Positions 18,213 through 28,978 of a DNA stretch of 64,000 nucleotides are shown piece by piece. The DNA is from an uncultured Pseudomonadota bacterium (lineage in GTDB: Bacteria > Oederibacteriota > Muellerivitia > Muellerivitales > Muellerivitaceae). A program made the translations under genes and the position numbers. Location: positions 768,001 through 832,000 of the forward strand of contig CAVYRH010000026.1 of NCBI GenBank assembly GCA_963770835.1, read 5' to 3'. The notes below the pieces were generated by a model, which did not search any database, was not told the DNA's origin, and saw only the letters and a program-made list of their open reading frames with translations. Within the stretch, counting starts at the first letter, position 1; each line of letters opens with the position of its first letter.

Positions 18213-18801
18213 CTATTTTTGGGACATGTGTGTCGCAATAGGGACTGGAGTGATTGCGTTGTTTAGTGTACTGCAATATCGGTTGTCTAGAATCGGTGCG
18301 AAAAAACAACTTAGATCGTATTTAAATGTGATATTTAAATACGTAGATGATCCAGAAAATCAAAACAAAAGAAATAAAACCGGAATGGAATTTACGGTTT
18401 ATATAAAAAACACAGGACAAACACCCGCCTATACGGTGACTTGTCAATCCAAAGTTGAATTACTCGACTGGCCTTTGCCAAAAAACTTTAAGTTTGTTTA
18501 TGAGCAAGAGGAAGATGATTTCTGCGATTTTGGTAATACTCTTGGTGCGGGTGAAGAGAAGTGCGTTTTTCCGACAGCGGATAGATATTTTACTAAGGCT
18601 GAAATGAAAGAATTTAAAGGTGTAAGCCCTTCCAAAAGAATTTATGTGCATGGGATTCTTAATTATTTTGATATCTTTAAAAAATCACACTACACAAATT
18701 TTTGTTTTTTCGTTTGTGGAAGAATGGAGAGGTTGAATCTTGGGTGCATGCTTCAGCTCACAATGATGCGAATTAGCAACGAAAACAATCAACACTTTTA
18801 A
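18205..18801 (+). CDS. Hypothetical AT-rich protein with N-terminal TM helix (possibly frameshifted near its end)
   Basis: ATG overlaps the end of the asnB remnant; TM helix followed by a soluble domain (IKNTGQTPA, YFDIF). Confidence 0.6.
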   Translation: MNNYFWDMCVAIGTGVIALFSVLQYRLSRIGAKKQLRSYLNVIFKYVDDPENQNKRNKTGMEFTVYIKNTGQTPAYTVTCQSKVELLDWPLPKNFKFVYEQEEDDFCDFGNTLGAGEEKCVFPTADRYFTKAEMKEFKGVSPSKRIYVHGILNYFDIFKKSHYTNFCFFVCGRMERLNLGCMLQLTMMRISNENNQHF

Positions 18802-18828
18802 AATGAATAATTTTTTCAAGGTTGTGAA

Positions 18829-19218
18829 ATGAAAACCGAAAGATACTTAAAAGGCTGGAAAAAATTCCAGGAAATCCACGGACCAGTGGCAAAGGCCACT
18901 GTCGAGAGTCTGAAGGACATCAGCCCAGAGTTGGGGCAGTTCGTGACCGAGTTCGCCTTTGGGGACATCTATTCCCGCCCGGGGTTGGATTTGAAAACCC
19001 GCCAGATGCTGACCATTGCTTCCCTAACCACTCTTGGCAACGCCCCCCTTCAATTAAAATCACACATCAAAGGTGCTTTGAACGTAGGATGTACGAAACA
19101 AGAAATCGTGGAAGTGATCCTTCAGATGGCGGTTTACGCCGGGTTCCCAGCGGCCATGAATGCAATGTATGCGGCCAAGGAAGTATTTATGGAACGGGAA
19201 AGACGGAAGAAAAAGTGA
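18829..19218 (+). CDS. Carboxymuconolactone decarboxylase family protein
   Basis: EFAFGDIYSRPGLDLKTR, HIKGALNVG, YAGFPAA. Confidence 0.9.
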   Translation: MKTERYLKGWKKFQEIHGPVAKATVESLKDISPELGQFVTEFAFGDIYSRPGLDLKTRQMLTIASLTTLGNAPLQLKSHIKGALNVGCTKQEIVEVILQMAVYAGFPAAMNAMYAAKEVFMERERRKKK

Positions 19219-19226
19219 GAGGCTTA

Positions 19227-19294
19227 TTTAAACTGAGGTTGCTTCGTCGTAACCGCCCCGCTATTCGCGAGTCACTCCTCGCAATGACAGCTAT
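19227..19294. repeat. GTCATTGCGAG-family repeat, copy D (reverse orientation)
   Basis: TTTAAACTGAGGTTGCTTCGTC...CTCCTCGCAATGACAGCTAT, abutting the ATG at 19295. Confidence 0.85.
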
Positions 19295-19921
19295 ATGAAT
19301 ACCCTTCGGGTCATTTTCGAGGATCCCCACCTCATCGTGGTTGACAAGCCCGCGGGGCAATTGGTTATCCCGGGCCGGGGGGAGGCCGAGGGCAAACCCC
19401 TAGTGGACCAGGTCTCTAGCCATATCCGAAAGAAAGCCTACGTGGTGCACCGCATCGACCGGGAAACCAGCGGCCTAGTGGCTTTCGCCAAGGATGCCCG
19501 GACTCACCGGGAGCTCTGCGCCCTTTGGGAGGGCCGGGAAGTCCATAAGACTTACCTGGCATGGGTGAAGGGCCAGATGGACAAGAAAGAGGGCCTGCTG
19601 GATTACCCCCTCAAGACCTTTGGGTCGGGCCGGATGGGGGTGGACCCCAAGGGCAAGCCTAGCCAGACCCGGTACCGGTTCCTTGAAAGCCAAGGGGAAG
19701 CCTCCCTCTTGGAGGTGGAGCCGCTCACCGGGCGACGGCACCAGATCAGGGTCCACCTGTACCATGCCGGGCATCCTGTCCTGGGGGACCCCCTCTATGG
19801 CCAGGAGCGGCCGGTAGGGGGAGCCCCCCGGCTTTTGTTGCACGCTTCCCGGCTTCGGGTCCAGCATGCCGGGAAGGAGCTGGAGCTGACCTGCGAACTG
19901 CCCCAGGATTTCCATCCATAG
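19295..19921 (+). CDS. RluA-family RNA pseudouridine synthase
   Basis: VDKPAG, HRIDRETSG, TGRRHQIRVH, GDPLYG, LHA; no S4 domain. Confidence 0.92.
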   Translation: MNTLRVIFEDPHLIVVDKPAGQLVIPGRGEAEGKPLVDQVSSHIRKKAYVVHRIDRETSGLVAFAKDARTHRELCALWEGREVHKTYLAWVKGQMDKKEGLLDYPLKTFGSGRMGVDPKGKPSQTRYRFLESQGEASLLEVEPLTGRRHQIRVHLYHAGHPVLGDPLYGQERPVGGAPRLLLHASRLRVQHAGKELELTCELPQDFHP

Positions 19922-20080
19922 GTCAAAAGCTTTCATAGGGGAAAGCCCCTATGTACAACGGCCCTCACAGGGAATGGACCCTGTGTACCCACAAAACCAA
20001 CGGCCATCAAAACCGTGGGCCAGTGCAAGAGAGCCAAAATAAGGCATTCCTTCAAAATCTCCGGTTGAGAGCGACTTGGT

Positions 20081-20109
20081 TTGACGGATCGGGGACTTTC
20101 CTGTAAAAT
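20081..20109 (+). promoter_or_regulatory. Putative sigma70 promoter of efp-accB-accC
   Basis: TTGACG-N17-TAAAAT. Confidence 0.6.
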
Positions 20110-20217
20110 GCGCCCTCTTTTGCCACAAAAGCCCTGAAAAACAAGGGTTTTTTCGCTACAAGCCTCAAAAATGCCCATTAAATAAAGGTTTTTCTCATTT
20201 CGTTCGGAGGATGCCCA

Positions 20218-20775
20218 ATGCTGACTGTTATGGACCTTCGGTCCGGTAATTTGGCCGAATTTGACGGGGTTCTTTATCGCGTTGTGGCTTTCCAACACGT
20301 GAAGCCCGGCAAGGGTGGAGGCTTTGTCCGCCTGAAACTCAAGAACGTCGAGCTCGGTACGGTTACCGATAAGACACTTGATAGCTGGGAAAAGGTGGCC
20401 GAGCCTCCGGTTGAAGAAAAAGAAATGCAGTACCTCTACAAGCAGGGCGAGAAATTCATCTTTATGGATACCGAAACCTACGAGCAGTTGGAACTCACTG
20501 AGGACGAAGTGGGCGAGGGCCACCAGTGGCTGAAGGATCAGATGAACATCGAGGTTCTTTTTTACAACGGCCGCCCCATTAGCGTGAAGCTGCCCATCAC
20601 GGTCAACCTCAAGGTGGTTTCCTCCGAGCCGGGCATCAAGGGCGACCGGGTTTCCGGCGCCAGCAAGCCCGCCACGCTGGAATCGGGCGCCACCATCCAA
20701 GTGCCCCTTTTCATCAAGGAAGGGGATGTCCTCAAGATCGACACCAGAACCGGGGAATACCAGGAAAGAGTCTAA
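20218..20775 (+). CDS. efp: Elongation factor P
   Basis: HVKPGKGG, MQYLY, PGIKGD, KPATLESG, VPLFI, IDTRTGEY. Confidence 0.97.
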   Translation: MLTVMDLRSGNLAEFDGVLYRVVAFQHVKPGKGGGFVRLKLKNVELGTVTDKTLDSWEKVAEPPVEEKEMQYLYKQGEKFIFMDTETYEQLELTEDEVGEGHQWLKDQMNIEVLFYNGRPISVKLPITVNLKVVSSEPGIKGDRVSGASKPATLESGATIQVPLFIKEGDVLKIDTRTGEYQERV

Positions 20776-20822
20776 TTCCCCCAACCGTAGTCCCAGCCGT
20801 TTTCTTTAGAAAGGAGCCGACG

Positions 20823-21383
20823 ATGTCAACCAGCCCGGAAAAGAACGAGGGCCCGAAGCCGGAAAAAGAGAAAAAGAAAAAAGCCGAGGGGAAGATCAAG
20901 GTCAGCTCCAAGCTGTCCCTGGTGCAGGACGTGATCCTTTTGATGAACGACGCGGACATCAGCGAATTGAGCTTCGAGCAAGGCGGGGTCAAGATCCACC
21001 TGCGCCGGGGGCCCGGCATGCCCTTCGCGGCGGCCGTTACCCCGGTGGTTTCTTCTATCCCGATAGTTGCGGCTCCTGCGACTCCCGGAACAGCGGCTCC
21101 CACCGCTCCGGCCGCCGGCACGCCTACCGCCCCGGCGGACAACACGGTCACCTTGAATTCCCCCATGGTCGGCACCTTCTACCGTTCCCCCTCGCCCGAC
21201 GCCAAGCCCTTCGTCGAGGAAGGCGATAAGATCACAGTGGGCCAAGTCTATTGTATCATCGAGGCCATGAAACTCATGAACGAAGTGAAGTCGGAAGTGA
21301 CCGGGAAGATCGTCAAAATCCTCGTCCAGAACGGCCAGGCCGTCGAGTTCAACCAGCCCTTGATCATTGTTGATCCCAGCTAA
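20823..21383 (+). CDS. accB: Acetyl-CoA carboxylase biotin carboxyl carrier protein
   Basis: SPMVGTFYRSPSP and IIEAMKLMNE biotinylation motif. Confidence 0.96.
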   Translation: MSTSPEKNEGPKPEKEKKKKAEGKIKVSSKLSLVQDVILLMNDADISELSFEQGGVKIHLRRGPGMPFAAAVTPVVSSIPIVAAPATPGTAAPTAPAAGTPTAPADNTVTLNSPMVGTFYRSPSPDAKPFVEEGDKITVGQVYCIIEAMKLMNEVKSEVTGKIVKILVQNGQAVEFNQPLIIVDPS

Positions 21384-21394
21384 CAACAGCTAAT

Positions 21395-21445
21395 AGTCGG
21401 CAGTCCGCAGTCGGCAGCCAAGGAAAAGGCTGACGGCGAGCGGCT
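21395..21445. repeat. Short heptamer tandem/inverted repeat
   Basis: AGTCGG-CAGTCCG-CAGTCGG-CAGCC ... GGCTGACGG. Confidence 0.5.
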
Positions 21446-21457
21446 TTAAAGGAAAAC

Positions 21458-22825
21458 ATGTTCAACAAGATTCTCATTGCCAACCGTGGGGAGATCGCCC
21501 TGCGCATCATCCGGGCCTGCAAGGAGCTCGGGGTGAAGACCGTGGCGGTTTATTCCCAGGCCGACGCCGACTCCCTTCATGTGCATTTGGCGGACGAGAG
21601 CGTGTGCATCGGCAAGGCCTTCAGCAAGGAAAGCTACCTCAACATCCCGGCCCTTATCAGCGCCGCAGAAATCACCGACGCCGAGGCCATCCATCCGGGT
21701 TACGGCTTCCTGGCCGAGAACGCCCACTTCGCCGAAGTCTGCGCCAGCTGCCAGATCAAGTTCATCGGCCCCAAGCCCGAGGTCATGCGCCTGATGGGCG
21801 ATAAGGTGGCGGCCATCCAGACGGCCAAGAAGGCGGGCACCCCCACCACGCCGGGGAGCGACGGGGCCGTGAAGGACGAGAAACACGCCCTGGCCGTGGC
21901 CAAGGAGATCAAGTATCCGGTCATCATCAAGGCCTCCGCAGGCGGCGGCGGCAAGGGCATGCGGGTGGCCCATACGGACATTTCCCTGACCCAGGCTTTC
22001 CAAACGGCCCGCACCGAGGCCGAGGCGGCCTTCGGGAACTCCGAGGTCTATATCGAGAAGTACATCGAGGAGCCCCGGCACATTGAGGTCCAGATCCTGG
22101 GCGACGAATACGGGCACATCATGCACCTGGGCGAACGGGACTGCACCATCCAGCGGTCCCACCAAAAGCTGATCGAGGAAGCCCCTTCGCCGGTCTTGAC
22201 GGCTAAACAACGCAAGAAGCTGACCAAATACGCGCTCAAACTGGCCCGGGAAGTAAAATACAGCTCGGCGGGAACCATCGAGTTCCTCATGGACAAGCAC
22301 GGGGATTTCTATTTCATGGAAATGAACACCCGCGTGCAGGTGGAACACCCGGTCACGGAGTTGACCATGGGCGTGGACATCATACAGGAGCAGATCAAGA
22401 TCGCCGCCGGGGAAAAGCTGTCCCTCTACAAGGAAACCCTGGAGCCCCGAGGGCATGCCATCGAGTGCCGCATCAACGCGGAAAACCCGGACGACAACTT
22501 CCGCCCCTCCCCGGGCGTCATAACGACCTACCACGTTCCCGGCGGGCCGGGCGTGCGGGTGGACACCCACCTTTACCAGGGCTACAAGGTGCCGCCTTAT
22601 TACGATTCCATGCTGGCCAAGATCATCGTCCACGCCCCCAACCGCCAGCAGGCCATCCGCCGCATGCTGCGGGCCCTGGACGAGCTGGTGGTGGAAGGCA
22701 TCTATACCACCACGGATTTCTTGAAGCTGATCCTGGAAAGCGAGTCCTTCCGGCGAGGGAACTATTCCACCCACTTCGTGGAAAAGTTCATGAAAAACAA
22801 GAAGGACAAGGGCGAGGAAAAATAG
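21458..22825 (+). CDS. accC: Acetyl-CoA carboxylase biotin carboxylase
   Basis: [43 protein letters not shown]. Confidence 0.97.
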   Translation: MFNKILIANRGEIALRIIRACKELGVKTVAVYSQADADSLHVHLADESVCIGKAFSKESYLNIPALISAAEITDAEAIHPGYGFLAENAHFAEVCASCQIKFIGPKPEVMRLMGDKVAAIQTAKKAGTPTTPGSDGAVKDEKHALAVAKEIKYPVIIKASAGGGGKGMRVAHTDISLTQAFQTARTEAEAAFGNSEVYIEKYIEEPRHIEVQILGDEYGHIMHLGERDCTIQRSHQKLIEEAPSPVLTAKQRKKLTKYALKLAREVKYSSAGTIEFLMDKHGDFYFMEMNTRVQVEHPVTELTMGVDIIQEQIKIAAGEKLSLYKETLEPRGHAIECRINAENPDDNFRPSPGVITTYHVPGGPGVRVDTHLYQGYKVPPYYDSMLAKIIVHAPNRQQAIRRMLRALDELVVEGIYTTTDFLKLILESESFRRGNYSTHFVEKFMKNKKDKGEEK

Positions 22826-22907
22826 TAGTGAACCAACGGGGACCGGGGTGGTCTCCGGAACTTTATTCACCTTATATTTACTGACAAAAGAAAAAGCGGA
22901 GTCGAAA

Positions 22908-23963
22908 TTGAAAATAACGGTTTACTTCAATCCCAAAGACGTAAAGCCCACGGTCGTCCAGAACGCCACTGTGGTGCTGGTGGACGTGCTCAGGGCTTCT
23001 ACCACCATCCCCGTGTATCTCTACCACGGGGCGGCGGGCGTGGCCCTTTGTCCCGACCCCGGCACGGCCAAGAAAATCTTCGAGAAGCAAAAGCGCGGCG
23101 AGGGCATCCTGGCCGGGGAGCGCGACTTGCAGAAGATTCCGGGTTTCCCCCTGGGCGGGTCGCCCAACGACTCCAGCCGCGAAAAGGTGAAGGACCGGGT
23201 GGTTTGCTTCAGCACCCCAACCCCCTTGAAGATCGTGAAAAACGCCAAGTACGTGGTTCTCGGGTCTTTCGTGAACCTAGGCGACGTCTATGATTCATGC
23301 CTAAGGGGCAAGCGGGACGTGGTGGTAGTCTGCGCCGGGGGCCCGGAGGATTCGGTTTTCGCGGGCATGCTGGTGGACTTCCTCCAAAGCACCCTGGGCG
23401 CCACGCCCATCGTCCTGGCCGAAAGCGCCAAGGACGCCATGGCCCTTTACAAGCCCTGGCAGGGAAGGATCCCCGATCTTTTGAAGGAATCGCCCGATGG
23501 CAAGGAGCTCATCCAAGCGGGTTTCGCCAAGGACCTGGATTTCGCGGCCAAGGTGAGCCGCATCTCCGCTGTTCCTTATTTGAAGGACGACCTGTTCCTG
23601 AGGGAAGAACCCCCGAAGCGGAAACTGACCGACGAAGCCAAGGCCAAGGCCGCCCCGCAAAAGGGCAAGTCCATCAAGGTGACGGTGCCCCTGTTCCCCA
23701 AGAACCCCGAGCACCCGGTGCCGGGCATGGAAAAGGGGGGCAAGAAGGGCGCCGCCGACAAGAAGCACGAGGAAAAGAAGGTCGAGGAGAAAAAGGCCGA
23801 AGAGAAGAAACACCCCGAAAAGAAGGCGGAAAAGGGCGCGCCCGCGCCCAAGAAGGGCGAGGGGAAGGCCGCGGCGGCCAAGGTGAAGAAGGCGCCCAAG
23901 CCCTTGTTCAGCAAAAAAACCGTGGCCTCGGCCCCGGTCAAGATGATCCGTAAGGAAAAATAA
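22908..23963 (+). CDS. 2-phosphosulfolactate phosphatase (ComB)-like protein with Lys-rich C-terminal tail
   Basis: VDVLRASTTI, LAGER..KIPGF..G.SP, EDSVFAG; TTG start at 22908 after a GCGGAG RBS. Confidence 0.75.
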   Translation: MKITVYFNPKDVKPTVVQNATVVLVDVLRASTTIPVYLYHGAAGVALCPDPGTAKKIFEKQKRGEGILAGERDLQKIPGFPLGGSPNDSSREKVKDRVVCFSTPTPLKIVKNAKYVVLGSFVNLGDVYDSCLRGKRDVVVVCAGGPEDSVFAGMLVDFLQSTLGATPIVLAESAKDAMALYKPWQGRIPDLLKESPDGKELIQAGFAKDLDFAAKVSRISAVPYLKDDLFLREEPPKRKLTDEAKAKAAPQKGKSIKVTVPLFPKNPEHPVPGMEKGGKKGAADKKHEEKKVEEKKAEEKKHPEKKAEKGAPAPKKGEGKAAAAKVKKAPKPLFSKKTVASAPVKMIRKEK

Positions 23964-24065
23964 GTTCTAAGTTCGCAGTTTTAAGTTTTTAGTTCCGGAA
24001 ATTTTTGAACCTTTGGTTCAAAAATAACCTTAATTTGAAACTAAGAACTCGGAACTTAAAACTAA
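23962..24065. repeat. Heptamer tandem repeats in inverted arrangement with a central palindrome
   Basis: AAGTTCT-AAGTTCG-CAGTTTT-AAGTTTT-TAGTTCC, then ATTTTTGAACC-TTT-GGTTCAAAAAT, then AAACTAA-GAACTCG-GAACTTA-AAACTAA. Confidence 0.8.
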
Positions 24066-24094
24066 CGGTAAATTCGAGCACCCTGGTCGATCCC

Positions 24095-24514
24095 ATGAAA
24101 TCCCGCCCTCAAAATCTTCCGGTCTTAAGAGCCCTGGACGCCAATTGCAACCGGGCCCGTGAGGGTTTCCGGGTGGCCGAGGATGTGGCCCGCTTCGTCT
24201 TGAACGACCCCTCCCTCCTGAACCGGCTCAAAAAGCTGCGCCACGGGGTAACAGAAGCCGAGCAATCCCTTTTCAAGTCCCGCCAAATCCGCCTGGCCGC
24301 GCGGGATGTGGCCCGGGATTTGGGCCGGGGAAACCACGAGAAGGCCGAAAGGGTTAGGAAAACGCCCGAGGAACTCTTGAAGGCCAATTTGAAAAGGGCG
24401 CAGGAAGCCCTGCGGTCGTTGGAGGAATTTTCCAAGCTCCTCAAGCACCCCGCCTCGGCCCGGTTTAAAAGAATTCGTTATGACTGCTATAAAATCGAGG
24501 AAGAACGGCTGTAA
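24095..24514 (+). CDS. ThiD2-like helical domain (usually the N-terminal domain of long ThiE), stand-alone
   Basis: RALDANCNRAREGFRVAEDVARF, ANLKRAQEALRSLEEFSK, RYDCYKIE; lies upstream of thiC. Confidence 0.8.
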   Translation: MKSRPQNLPVLRALDANCNRAREGFRVAEDVARFVLNDPSLLNRLKKLRHGVTEAEQSLFKSRQIRLAARDVARDLGRGNHEKAERVRKTPEELLKANLKRAQEALRSLEEFSKLLKHPASARFKRIRYDCYKIEEERL

Positions 24515-24534
24515 AGCTCCATTTCCTCCAAGGA

Positions 24535-24948
24535 ATGTTTTTGGAAAATAATAAACCCGATTTGAAAAAGCCGGCCGAGGATCAATGGGCTTATTTGATT
24601 CCGGTCGCTTTCATCCTGCTCCCCTCTGCGGTGATTTATTTCCTGATGATCAAAGTCATACCGACGTTTGAGGATGTTTTTGCTTCTTTCGGGGCGAAAT
24701 TGCCTTGGCCCACCCAAGTTGTTATTGATGCCAGCGAGTTTTTAAGAAAGCCCGTCGGTTTTTTCATTTTCTTTTCGATCCTGGGATTGATGGGTTTTTT
24801 GATTTATGGAAAAACTGCCAAAATATCCCCGGATCGAAAACTGCTGGTTTTTTTAAAAGTTGGAGCGTTTTTCCTCGCTTTCCTCGGACCAGCCATCGGA
24901 TTCATCGTTTTGGCGATGTTTTGCCCGATGTTTGAATTGGGTAAATAA
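24535..24948 (+). CDS. Mini PilC/GspF-like membrane protein (TM segments only)
   Basis: Two blocks match the PilC at 42947 (27/35 and 13/17 identical residues by hand); both cytoplasmic domains are missing. Confidence 0.7.
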   Translation: MFLENNKPDLKKPAEDQWAYLIPVAFILLPSAVIYFLMIKVIPTFEDVFASFGAKLPWPTQVVIDASEFLRKPVGFFIFFSILGLMGFLIYGKTAKISPDRKLLVFLKVGAFFLAFLGPAIGFIVLAMFCPMFELGK

Positions 24949-24972
24949 TGTGTTAATGTCGTAGTTAAATAA

Positions 24973-26838
<1,866 letters not shown>

Positions 26839-26908
26839 AGCTATTCCCCCCAGTCCTTAAAAAGTTAAGATATCCCATCCGGATTTGCCGTCTTATTGAG
26901 GTCTTTGT

Positions 26909-28729
26909 ATGGGAATGTTCGCCGGTTCCATCCATATCCAGGGGTCCGACAGCGGGGAAGTGATCCCGGTCCTGGAAAAAATCCACAAGGTCCATGGCGC
27001 CAAGTTCATGGTCGAGGACGCGCCGGGGGGCTGGTGCAGCGTTTTTCCCCATAACAGCGGGCAGGACAGCGAACTGGCCCGGGAGATCATGAAGTCCTTC
27101 CCCCATAAGGCCATCAACCTGGTGGTCCATGATTCGGACATCCTTTTCATTGACATCTTCGACGGCCAATCCGGTTTCCGGACCTACAACAATAATCCCA
27201 CCTATTTCGGCGAAAAACTGTCTCCCGAGGAAGTCCAGGCACTGAAAACCTATCCCGAAAACTTTTCCTTCTTCGCCCCGACGGAGAAGATTCCGCAGCT
27301 CAAGGCCCTCTTTTCCCCACTGGGGGAGGTGGTTTTCGTGGACGGCACCTTAACGTCCATCGCCAAGATCCTGGGCATTCCCCAGGCCGCCTTCAGCTAT
27401 GAGTACATCGAGACGGGGGAGTACGTCTCCCAGGCCCGGCGGAAAAAGCTCTTAACGGTGCCGCCCAAGGAGTCGGAGCAGGTCGGCGAGGCGGAAACCA
27501 AGGAAAGGGTCAAGGCCCTCAAGAAAGAAAAACTGCTCGTCTTTGAGAAAAAGGGCGGGCCCCACCGGGGCGGCATCCCCTTCCGGTGGAAGAGAGACCC
27601 GAATACGGGCCACGTGGGGATCACCTACAACCAGGACGGAATTAAAGAAGGCAAACTGATCTGGTCCTCCGGGGAATTCCAATTGAAACCCGACGAGAAG
27701 GGGTTGCAACGCCGCCCCTTGAACGAAGGCTATTCCCTCTTCTGGGATAAGGCCGGCCAAATGCTCCAGGATGAGCGGGGCCGGACAATCCTGCAATTTC
27801 CGAAGGAGAGGAGATTCCTGGGCCCCGTCATCACGCCGGATAAAAGCCTGTTCTTTTGGGATGAGGACAGTCAGGTGAAGTGGGTCGACCTGAAGACCCA
27901 AAAAGAAGGGGCGATCGATTTATCCGTCCTCCCCGAAACCCAGGTTTCCCTGCAAAACCAGATACCGGAAAAGCTCAAGCCGCTCTTCATCCGGCGGCAT
28001 AACCCTTCCTCAACGTTGGGCCCCCCGCCCTACCTCGCCATCGCCCAGGGCCCCTATTACCTTTTATACGACTGGGCCTCGCGTCAAATCATGGGTTATG
28101 GCATGCCCCAATTCCCGGCTTATACGGAAGAACTGTTGGCCCAGGGCCTTTGGCGCAAGGAATCACCGGAGATTTGGGAGCATACCGAAAACTTCATCCT
28201 GGGCCACAAGAACATAACCCCCCGGTACCAGTACCTGCGGCAATTTTTCGACCCCTTAAAGAATTACATCTTCCTCAGCGACGGACATTTCACCGGCAAG
28301 TTTACCCTGGGGGATTTTTTCGCGGGGCGGGGCGAACCCATCCTGCCCGAATGGGCCCTTTTTTTTACCGCTTGTCCCGCGGCCCGTTTCCAGATGTTCG
28401 GCAATAACGGTGGCTGCCTGTTCCCTATGATTTTTGAACCTTGTTCGGGCCTCTGGATTTTCGGGACCCTGGATGGAGTCCTGCGGGCGCTGGACGCCGG
28501 CAACCACAAGCTCTACCGGTTCTTGGATCTGCCCCGTCACCTGGAACCCCACAGCCTGGACATCATTGAGGACGGAAAATATCTGATCCTGGATGGGCGC
28601 ATTTATAAGGAACTCTATAAACACGACAGCGCCCTGCAGGTTTACGACCTTCGGAAATTATTGGACCAAAAAACGGAGGACGCTTCGGGATTCGTGGTCC
28701 TCCAGCCGAAAGAATCGAAGGAAGGATGA
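26909..28729 (+). CDS. Hypothetical protein
   Basis: 606-aa ORF with a GAGG RBS and coding-like codon bias; beta-rich C-half; no family recognised. Confidence 0.7.
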   Translation: MGMFAGSIHIQGSDSGEVIPVLEKIHKVHGAKFMVEDAPGGWCSVFPHNSGQDSELAREIMKSFPHKAINLVVHDSDILFIDIFDGQSGFRTYNNNPTYFGEKLSPEEVQALKTYPENFSFFAPTEKIPQLKALFSPLGEVVFVDGTLTSIAKILGIPQAAFSYEYIETGEYVSQARRKKLLTVPPKESEQVGEAETKERVKALKKEKLLVFEKKGGPHRGGIPFRWKRDPNTGHVGITYNQDGIKEGKLIWSSGEFQLKPDEKGLQRRPLNEGYSLFWDKAGQMLQDERGRTILQFPKERRFLGPVITPDKSLFFWDEDSQVKWVDLKTQKEGAIDLSVLPETQVSLQNQIPEKLKPLFIRRHNPSSTLGPPPYLAIAQGPYYLLYDWASRQIMGYGMPQFPAYTEELLAQGLWRKESPEIWEHTENFILGHKNITPRYQYLRQFFDPLKNYIFLSDGHFTGKFTLGDFFAGRGEPILPEWALFFTACPAARFQMFGNNGGCLFPMIFEPCSGLWIFGTLDGVLRALDAGNHKLYRFLDLPRHLEPHSLDIIEDGKYLILDGRIYKELYKHDSALQVYDLRKLLDQKTEDASGFVVLQPKESKEG

Positions 28730-28978
28730 ACGCAGGGCCAGATGAACCAGGAGGGTAATGCCGGGCGGTCAGTTTCAAAACCTGTTGGATCATTTAATAC
28801 CTGTTCACGTCCTTCACCACCACCAGTAATAGCCGTTCGCCATTTGGGTTTTTATACCAAATTTTTTCAATTGAACCGCTTTATTGTTTGATGTCGCCCT
28901 TGCCAAAGGTCTTTCATTCGTGATAATTACGGAGGTCTCGAGTTGAGGGGCAAATTCAATTAAAAGGCAGGGCCGGCC

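Noticed and set aside
24005..24094. N-terminal extension NLKLRTRNLKL
   Set aside because: Translation of the heptamer repeat array.
28780..28860. Minus-strand fragment resembling a decayed C-terminal sorting motif (ANGYY / LVVVKD)
   Set aside because: Requires a frameshift and is too short to distinguish from chance.
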